A stretch of DNA of 64,000 bases from Octopus vulgaris (lineage: Eukaryota), in NCBI GenBank assembly GCA_951406725.2, contig OX597837.1:15438001-15502000 (forward strand), in the 5' to 3' direction. Below the pieces are notes generated by a model that saw nothing but the letters and a program-made list of their open reading frames with translations, did no database searches and was not told the origin of the DNA. Positions within the stretch are counted from its first letter, which is position 1; each line of letters starts with the position of its first letter. This document shows, one piece after another, positions 54,556 to 64,000 of this stretch. Position numbers and translations under genes: made by a program.

Positions 54556-54602
54556 TATCTAAATAACCCTTTTCCTATTGCTAGAAAAGGGTTATTTAGA
54601 TA
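54556..54602. repeat. 19-bp perfect inverted repeat with 9-nt loop
   Basis: tatctaaataacccttttc / gaaaagggttatttagata. Confidence 0.9.
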
Positions 54603-54644
54603 TGACACCACGTTAAAAAGTAACTATATTGAATATTTATATGT

Positions 54645-54802
54645 TTTAATAACGTTTTGACCGAGCTCCAAATGACTTCAAGCTTGAAGAGCTCGTAGGA
54701 CGAACCCATCTCATCAGATATTTGGAGAGGATTTGTGATGAGTGAGGTTCCTTCTTACGAGCAGACGAAGTCATGCGGAGTTGAGTCAGACTGTTATTAA
54801 AT
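54645..54802. mobile_element. old inverted pair of hammerhead-like pLTR segments
   Basis: 54648-54720(-) reads CUGAUGA-GAU-GGGUUC...GAGCUC-GGUC-AAAA-CG-UU. A degenerate mirror copy is at 54735-54800, followed by (TA)n. Confidence 0.45.
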
Positions 54803-54816
54803 AACATATATATATA

Positions 54817-54869
<53 letters not shown>

Positions 54870-54956
54870 ATATATCTATTGATATTTATATAAATGTATT
54901 GAGTGCTACTTTCTTTCGTTTGCGCACTCACTCGAATGTGTGTATGCGTGTTTATA

Positions 54957-54995
<39 letters not shown>

Positions 54996-55042
54996 ACTGG
55001 ATCTCGAAGCACATAGAAAGCTTTAAATAATAACACATGTAT

Positions 55043-55074
<32 letters not shown>

Positions 55075-55537
55075 TAATAAGACATACAGTTTCTTGATAA
55101 TGTCGATTCTCTTTTTTTTTTTTGTGTCTGTTAACCGAAAACCCGATTCTTCGGTAATGGATCTTCACAATGCATCTTGAAGGAAACCGTCCAAGAGTTG
55201 CCATTATTGATTTCCTTGTCATTTCCACACAATGCTCGGAGATTCTCAACAGACTCTCCATTGTGGTGAGATCAGGATAGTATCGGGCTTTTTGTTGTTG
55301 TTGTTGTTGTTGTTGTTTAATACTAGGTCGTCCCTGATTGAACGAAGATATAATTACAAACGGCACTCCAGCCGTGATTATCACCACTTCTGTTTTCTGA
55401 ACCATCCAGAGCTTCATCATCTCAGGTGTTCTGGGTTGTTTTGTTTTTTTGTTTCTTTGTCTTCTCTTTTGCTTTTTGTTTTATTTTTCTTTGAAGACCA
55501 CGTCTGATCTGAAGTTATGCAACAGCAGTAACATCAT

Positions 55538-55561
55538 CTTCATACCACTACTACTACTACA

Positions 55562-55638
<77 letters not shown>

Positions 55639-55693
55639 GAACTACTACTACTACAACAACAACTACTACTACTACGAACTACTACTACTACGA

Positions 55694-55746
<53 letters not shown>

Positions 55747-55776
55747 CACAGCTGCTGCTGCTTCTGCTGCTGCTAC
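55538..55776. repeat. (TAC)n trinucleotide tract
   Basis: Directly visible. Confidence 0.95.
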
Positions 55777-55957
55777 TATGAGGTCAGTGATGAACCAACC
55801 AGAAGACATGCTGTATGGAAACAACCAAATATCTTTAAAAAGACTCGACCCTTTCATCAATGCTGTTCGGGATATCATGAAACAATCGGTTCTTTGAATA
55901 TATACACTGACAGCTAACATAAAATCCGTAGGTATTTCTATAATATCTACATCTATA

Positions 55958-56128
55958 GGCGCAGGAGTGGCTGTGTGGTAAGTAGCTTGTTTACCAACCA
56001 CATGGTTCCGGGTTCAGTCCCACTGCGTGGCATCTTGGGCAAGTGTCTTCTACTATAGCCTCGGGCCGACCAAAGCCTTGTGAGTGGATTTGGTAGACGG
56101 AAACTGAAAGAAGCCCGTCGTATATATG

Positions 56129-56159
<31 letters not shown>

Positions 56160-56373
56160 TTGTGTGTCTGTGTTTGTCCCCCTAGCATTGCTTGACAACC
56201 GATGCTGGTGTGTTTAAGTCCCCGTCACTTAGCGGTTCGGCAAAAGAGACCGATAGAATAAGTACTGGGCTTACAAAAAGAATAAGTCCCGGGGTCGAGT
56301 TGCTCGATTAAAGGCGATGCTCCAGCATGGCCGCAGTCAAATGACTGGAACAAGTAAAAGAGAGAAAAGAGAG
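55958..56373 (+). mobile_element. SINE family B, best-preserved full-length copy
   Basis: tRNA-like head with A/B-box-like motifs, CORE-like atcttgggcaagtg, internal TA/GT seed, gtaaaagagag tail. Confidence 0.9.
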
Positions 56374-56408
<35 letters not shown>

Positions 56409-56612
56409 GTGTGTGTGTGTGTATGAAATACTTTAACATAATGGATGCATTTATTTATTATGCAATCGTGTGAAATATATGTATTAAGTGATTTCAATAT
56501 AGTATTATTTGATTTGACTTTATTATTATACCCGTGTATGTATGTATGTATGTATGTATGTATGCATGTATGTATCTATGCGTGTATGTATGTTAGTGTA
56601 TGTGTCTGTATG

Positions 56613-56668
<56 letters not shown>

Positions 56669-56670
<2 letters not shown>

Positions 56671-57570
56671 GGGGGAGAATTCACAAAAGAAACAACAAAA
56701 GACGAAGTCAGGTGGTGTAGACAACAAACAGATGTATTAGTATAACCCTCGGGAAGTGAAAAAGTCTTTAACGTTTCGAGCCTACGCTCTTCCACAGAGA
56801 GGAACACAGAAAGAAACAAGGAGAGAAAATAAAGAATGTGTAGTGTCTAGCGATCTATCATGGCGAATGCCGGACAGAAGGGTCACACAGGAGAGCTAGG
56901 GAGAAGGGGAGATAATAAAGTAGTGGTGATCCCAAAACGAAGGTGCGCGTGCGTGTGTATAAGAGAGTTTGTATGTGTGTGTGGAAGAGGAGTGATGATC
57001 TTGATGTGTGTGTAGGTGGGAAAATGTGGGACTGGGAAGTGGTCAGTGCTGATGTGTACATGGTGGTGTGTTGTGATGTGATGTGTTGTCTGGTATGGTG
57101 GTGTAAAGTGTAGTGGTGTGTTGTGGTGTGGTGGTGTTGGGGTGGAGGTGGGGGAGGAGGGGAGGAGGGGGAGGCGAGAATGTGGAAAATAGGGGTGGAG
57201 TGTGGGTTAGGCTGAGGGTGGGGTATGTCGGTAAGCGGAGGGTGTGGGTAGAGGTGGGGTATGTGGGAATGGGTGTAAGGGATGGGGTGGGGTGGGATAG
57301 GAAGGATAGGGAAGGTGTGTGGAATGTGCTGGGGTGGGGTGGGCTTACGAGGGAGGGGTGACGATGAAGGAGGGAAAGAGAGGTGGGTAGGAGTGAAGAA
57401 AAGAGAGAAGGAGAGGAGTGAAGAGAAGTAGGAGTCGGAGTAAGAGAGGAGAGGTAGGTGGGAGGAAGTAGGTGTGAGGGATAGAAAGGCAAGGGGAGGA
57501 GGTTAGATGAAGAGGGGAGGAGAGTTGAGAGTCCATGTGGCGCAAATGAGCGAAGAGAGAAGATTAATCT
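56669..57570 (-). mobile_element. 3' end of a Penelope-like element: EN C-terminus, pyrimidine-rich UTR, hammerhead
   Basis: 57570->57529 encodes RLIFSLRSFAPHGL (cf. PLE ..LIFxLxTLxPxGLN), followed by a long C/T-rich spacer and hammerhead CUGUGGA-A-GAGC(guag)GCUC-GAAA-CG-UU at 56766-56801. Ends at a TA/(CA)n tract. Confidence 0.7.
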
Positions 57571-58181
57571 CTTTATTAATCCCTACATTAAGATTAATAT
57601 ATATATACATGCATACATACATACATGTGTGTGTTTGTGTGTCCTTAATAACAGTAATTATGCTTGATTAAATAAATATTAGACAGGTACGTCCTATTCA
57701 TATAGATCTTCTCTAGGTTCATAGATTACATCATCACATATATTTTTTCAGGCTCTACCTTTACACCTGTTTCGATTGTAATCCCTATTTAATACATAGA
57801 TATAACCTTTACTTATACAACACAGAAGCAAACTTCAAGCTCAGAAGCTCGTCCCTGCCGCACTTCACTCCCCTGTCCGGTGTTGTACGACCACGAGCAT
57901 CAGACGGCGATTGGCTGAACGGCGATTGTACGGAAGACCAGACAGGAACGAAGTATCAATAAATGGTGTTTTAATGAAACACAGAAAGCAAATATGGTCA
58001 TTTTTACTTAAAATACCTTATATGTTTTCTTATATTTTATCAACATTATACATACATACACACGTAGTTATATACACACACATATACATATACACATACA
58101 TAGTACATGAAAACATACATACACACGCATACATACATACATACATATATACATGTATGCATACATACATACATACATACA

Positions 58182-58215
<34 letters not shown>

Positions 58216-58225
58216 CATACATACA

Positions 58226-58259
<34 letters not shown>

Positions 58260-58379
58260 CATGTATGCATACATACATACATACATACATACATACATAC
58301 ATACTATTCATACAATTCGTGCTTTTTCGTCGGTGTTTCCTAAATATTAGGCCGGCGTCATACATTGAATGCTAAACAG

Positions 58380-59320
58380 CCAGATTGCGCCATATTTCCC
58401 CTGATTCGTCCCAGCTAGTTGACATATCTGGTCACGATGATGAAGCTGACATAAGCCAACAAGACATACTTTGTCAAACAGATTTGGCTCACGAAAATGC
58501 TTGTTTCCCCCAGCTAAAACCTGAACTTAACAAAGTTTTAAATAAGGTAAGATAAATTTCAAAACTTTTCCGTAAATCTTCTACAAAAAATGAAATTTTG
58601 CAAGATTTTGTACGAGCGAACTTTGATAACAGAGAATATAAACTTCTACTGGATTGCAGAACTCGGTGGAATGGCATATTCCATATGATTGAGAGATTTT
58701 TGAAATTGAAAAGCTGCATTCCAAATGCTCTACGAGCAGAACTTTCCACAGATGCCGTCGCTGACGAAGAATGGAAATCTCTCGATTTACTATATGAAAT
58801 TCTGCATTCAGTAGAAATTATTTTGAAGGCTATTTGCGCTGATGATATGGGTTTACTGAAAGCAGAATATTCGATAGAGTTTTTAGCGAATAAACTTAAT
58901 ATAGTCGGCAACCCTTTGGCTCTAAATCTTCGTGAAAGACTTATGCATAGATATAATAAGAGAAGAAATGTCGAAAGCTTGACTCTCTTGAGGTATTTAC
59001 ATAACCCAAGGAAATTTAAAGGTGAGTCAATTTCTGGACCTTTTCTATTTTTTAATGAAACAACATTTAAGGAAGTATGCTGAACAAACATATAGGAAAT
59101 TATTTCCTGAACATGATGCCGAGAACACAACAGAATTATAGAAAGAAAATGAAATAGGAGGGAACCTAAAAAGAAGTGTTACCGTTGTCCCATCTACTTA
59201 TGAAGGTAATGGACTCATTCGTGAATACACAAGCGCAATGAAGAAAATGAATGAAGAGCCCAAGATGGTAACAGATGGATTTGAAATCTCTAAAGAATTC
59301 GGGTACTATTTAAGAAGAGT
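58380..59320 (+). pseudogene. hAT-family transposase fragment
   Basis: KVR*ISKLFRKS..KNEILQ..LLLDCRTRWNGIFHMIERFLKLK..EEW..L (DxxTRWNS motif). Stops are present and the fragment ends at the inverted-repeat element. Confidence 0.85.
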
Positions 59321-59525
59321 GGTCCCGGTGCGCGCACTCGCGCATCCGCGCTAGCTAGTCGTGACTAGTCGATCCTACAACAACTACCTAGCAAAGTAAA
59401 TAAAACACAAAAAATATAATTTTTTTACACAAAGTAAATAATTTTTGTTAAACAAAGAAACACAAAGTAAGGATCGACTAGTCACGACTAGCTAGCGCGG
59501 ATGCGCGAGTGCGCGCACCGGGACC
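59321..59525. mobile_element. MITE-like element with 56-bp perfect GC-rich inverted repeats
   Basis: 59321-59376 is the exact reverse complement of 59470-59525, around a 93-bp AT-rich core. No TSD seen. Confidence 0.8.
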
Positions 59526-59664
59526 CAACAGAATATGCTCCAACACACGAACTCTGTTATTTAAATGAGTGACCAGAATACTCTTTACTTCCTTAGTATT
59601 AGCAGCTTGTTGTTGCTATAGAAAGAGCTTTGTCATGAAGTTGTTATAAACAAAGAGCTCCTAA

Positions 59665-59712
<48 letters not shown>

Positions 59713-60139
59713 GTGTATGTATAAATGTAAGAGACAGAAAATATCCAGACGATGAATACTCATGTGTAAATATAAAGATATTTATATATAAAGAGAGAAA
59801 ACTTAGACAGATAACAATGCCACAAAAAATTAGAGGGAGACTGTATAGTGTTACAGGCCCGACAGCTGTTTCTAGGGACTTGGAATCACACCACAGTTTT
59901 CGTAGATGTTGTTCACAAAAAAATCAAGAATATAGAACCAGTAATGGAAGCATATAAACAACAGGTTGATCTGGTTTCTACCTCCAGAATGGAGATTTAG
60001 GTAGCTAACCTAGTTAAAAGCATTTAATGTTCATCCAAAAATAGTTGCATATCAACGTGGGGAATTTGGGCTGCTATTTTTAGTAAGTCAAATGAATGCT
60101 TAAAGCCTTCTTTGTTTGCACAAACATTGTATGCATATA

Positions 60140-60527
60140 TATTAACCACCGCCCTAACAATCACCTTGAGCACCTTTTTGAATTCCATGACTCTAACATA
60201 CACGGGCAGGTCTACAAAGCCAGAAAACAGCACAGCTCCCATGACTTTCGGAAACAATTTTTCGCACATGGAATTGCTGAAGCATGGAGCAATCTACCTG
60301 CATCAGTTGTTAGTTGCCGAGACATTGCATCTTTTAAAACCACCGTGTTTCCTGAAATTCACCAACACTACACCTGATATCCATATGCATGCACACATGT
60401 ATATCACGACACAGTTCACTTTCCTGATATTTGTACATAATTCTATGCACTAAACATGCATCTCTGATAAGTTGTAGTACACCTGAGCACTATACACAAT
60501 CATTTCATGATCATTATTATCATTATT
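60140..60527 (+). mobile_element. CR1/L2-type LINE 3' end
   Basis: HG..YKARKQH..FRKQFFAH..AEAWSNLPASVVS..IASFK (RGH..RxxFFSxRVVxxWNxLP motif), then stop, UTR and an att-repeat tail. Confidence 0.8.
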
Positions 60528-60774
60528 CTGCTGCAAGCTTCACTACGGGAAGGAGAGAGAGATGGGGGAGGAGGAGGAGGAGGAGAAATGAATGATTTTA
60601 AATTTCAGCCATTATGGTATGTATTAGATTACTGTCTGCAGATTGGTGTCATTAGTGGACAGGCCTGTCAGACATGAAAATAATGAATCGGAAATGCGGA
60701 CATCATTGCAACTTTCGAAGAAATGAGTACAGGTAGAGAGTGAAATCAATATGGAGATCCATGCAGATAAACAG

Positions 60775-60830
<56 letters not shown>

Positions 60831-60906
60831 GTATGAAGGACCTATAATCCTTTAAGGACGTCTGCATGTCAATTTCTCCATTTTCTTTTTTGTACGTTCA
60901 TATATT

Positions 60907-60953
<47 letters not shown>

Positions 60954-63109
60954 CAAAGAGATAGATAGATATTGTAAATATGTTTGTGTATTGAGTCATT
61001 TAAGCGTATTGTGGACCCAGTTGTCATAATGAGACACACATATATCTATAATATTGCATTGTGTTATATTATATAATACTGAGACAAACAGTATGGAGAA
61101 TAGATATTTTTTTGTAGACGAGACCATTATCATTTGAATAGTTAGCTCTGAGAAAGAAAGGAAAAAACAAAACTTGGCTGTCAGAGACTGAGAACAACGA
61201 ACGTGAATTCATTGTGGAAGAGAGAAGTGAAAGATTATTAGCTGGGTATAAAAATAGGCGGAGCTGTTCGTTTTAGTTCGTTCTGAAAAGGTCGTTCTCT
61301 TGGAAACGAAGACCCGAGTTAAGATATGGAAGAAAAGAAGGAAGGAAAGAAGGCAGGAAGGTTGGATGGCAGAGGTCGATTAAATGCTGAGAAACGTGTG
61401 AAAAGAGAAGCAAGCAATGGCGAAAAACATTTTCAGACGAGTCCAAATCTATATCGGGAGTTGCTTAAATAAACGACACGTCAAAATGCTATGAAAGACA
61501 CAGCGAAACAGAAATAGAGGAAACATCTATTTGAAAAGGACGAGTCCATTTTATTCTTTCTCAATTTCATTCTCGTCAGGAGGGAAATGAAATGAGTGAA
61601 GCGTACAGCAATAATTTGCTCTTTGTTTCACAGCAGCAATGGCTGCTCTAGTTACTCCGCCTGACCTTTTAACTCGCTGTTCCAATCCTCTCTCTCTCTC
61701 TTCCTCCCCTTCCTCCTCCTCCTCCTCTCCCTCCTACTGCCACCACCGTCGCTACCACTACCGCATTCATGCCATCCTCTCAAATATTCATACTATGTAG
61801 CACACACACGACGCCACCTGACGTTCGGTGCGCGAGATGATTCATCGTCTGCCAGCGGCAAACAGCCAATATTTACTCACTGCCTCAATGTCTGACTGTC
61901 TGTGCGCCTGTCTGACTGTTGTCCGTCCGACTGACTGTTGTTGTTGTTGTTAGTCTAACTGGCTTCCATTTTAGCTGCCGTTACTCTGCCTCCTACTCCG
62001 TCCTCTTTTCTCCTCCCCTCCCTCTCTCTCTCTCATTCTGTTTCTCTTTTCCTTTGACTTCATTTGATTCGGGTTTTTCGCATTTAATCTACATAGACTC
62101 AGTGTATTACCTTCCCCTTTCCTCTTCTCCCTCCTCCTCCTCCTCTGTCACTTCCTCCTACTCCTCCAGTTTTCTCCTCTTGCAACTACCATTAATCATC
62201 CTCCTCCCACCAACACTAGTCTTATCAACTACCATCCTTTCACCATAAACATTTACATATTACCTTCCCACTACCACCACCGCCATTAATACCTTTCCTC
62301 GCTGCTGCCAACCATTAAAATGAATACTTTTCTCATCACCATTCCCTAAATACCATCCTTTCACAAGCATACCACCATCACCACCACCACCACCACCACC
62401 ACCGCCACCGCCACCGCCACCGCCTCTGCCGCCATCACCGCTACAGCTTGCCATTCTACTCCGTTGCCGTTTATCTAAACATTTCATCTTGCACAGACTT
62501 AACATTCTTCACTGTAATATCACACACACGCACACACATACACATACACACACACACGCTCACACACACAGTCTTTTTATCTCTACTCATTTTCCTCAGT
62601 TTTCCCCCTCCCTCTTTCTTTCACTCTCTTGTGTTCTGTCTCCCATTTCCACTCGAAGAAGAAAAAGAAAAAAAAAATGAAAAACAACGTCCTTTGAATA
62701 TTTCCTCCGCCATCTTTAATCTGCTTGCCAACATAAATAGACGTTCATAATGCTTCGCTGCCTTTCATAAAGGTTCTCAAAGCTATTTTTTTCCCTCCTT
62801 CACCACCGACCACCTCTCCACAATCAATCCACTTTCATCTTCTGTTTCTATTTGCAGTTCTATTGCTCACTCTCACCACCACACCCATATACTATTTCTA
62901 ATCTCTCTACATCCTCCACATCCACCACATCCACCGCTTTCGTTTAATGTCTCCCTCGTGCTCTACACTTAAACATAACGAACGCACAACAACACTACAA
63001 CTTGAAATCATCAAACACGACTGTCTAACTGAACCTCCCCACCCCAAACCCACTATCAGTTTACATAGCACCATCTCCCACCACTACTCTATATCTATAT
63101 CTATGTCTA

Positions 63110-63148
<39 letters not shown>

Positions 63149-64000
63149 ATATATATATATACATACATACGCACACAGAAGTAGCACTCAGCTCATATAT
63201 CTAGCATTGTATTTATTAATTCGAGCAATAGGTTGACTCATGTTACTTCCTTGTCCACGAAACTTTAAGTAATGCGAGCAATCATGTCAACCTGTTACTC
63301 AATATATATATGTAATTTAAAACAGTTTGGTTCGGTTCTGTGTTACTTCAAGTTTCGCAGGCCCCTAACGGGATCCCGACTCTTTCGGGCTCCTGCCGAG
63401 GATCTACGTATGTTTTCGTGTGTGTATGTCTCGTCTCTGCAGGATGCTCTCATCCGCAATACGGTATTATTTCAATATATTAATAATGTCGGTAACCAGA
63501 TAGCGTAATGTTCTGCTGGGCGGTGAACTGGAATGCTACTCGTGGAAATAGACGGAGATCCATTTACCTAGCTGTGTATAAGCAGCAGCAGCAGCAGATT
63601 AGGCAGACGCGAAAACAAAAACTAACAAAAAACAAAAAGCAAAAAACAAAAACAAAAAAATCGGAAATGTAAGACATGACTCATGGTTTATAAATCCGAT
63701 ACTATTACACGCCATACTGTACTATGCCTACTACGCTGTATTATAATACACGGCTTGCTAGTCAGCTTGTACTCCTCCTGCCACGCACTCACACACTCTC
63801 TCTCTCTCTCTCTCTCTCCTTTTCCCCTTCCCTCGTCCTATTTCCTCTCTCACTCACATACAATCCCGCTCTTTCTCTCTCCCCCTCCCCCTCTCTATCT
63901 CTCATATTCCTGTCTTCTTCTCAGCCTCTAAATTAAAACCTTACAACGAACAATGTACGTCGACATTTCTCCCCCCCCCCCACCGCCTTCCATAATCCCG

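Noticed and set aside
55958-56030. tRNA gene candidates at SINE heads
   Set aside because: A/B-box-like motifs are present but there is no complete cloverleaf, and each continues into a SINE body.
59850-59900. Minus-strand GAAACAGCUGUC resembling a hammerhead 3' half
   Set aside because: No upstream CUGAnGA with a pairing stem II could be found.

Overview
AT-rich, microsatellite-saturated eukaryotic DNA. The SINE and microsatellite content suggests an octopod (Octopus-type) genome; this is an inference. No host protein-coding exon can be supported, and almost all ORFs in the track are translations of simple repeats. Recognisable content: (1) a head-to-tail stack of 5'-truncated R4/Dong-like RLE non-LTR retrotransposons, each inserted in (TAA)n, at 34.5-38.7 kb, with further RLE families at 40 kb and 43.3-44.3 kb (one ending in (GAA)n); (2) many Penelope-like element (PLE) remnants next to (TA)n/(CA)n, several as inverted pairs, carrying minimal type-I hammerhead ribozyme motifs from several unrelated sequence families, with canonical and variant cores and one with a ~97-nt extended stem II; (3) decayed mariner and hAT transposases, a CR1-type LINE 3' end and a GC-rich 56-bp perfect inverted-repeat element; (4) many tRNA-derived SINE copies; (5) a ~35-bp-periodic octamer (ATGCAAAT) array. 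All coordinates were read by eye, so boundaries of decayed elements are approximate.
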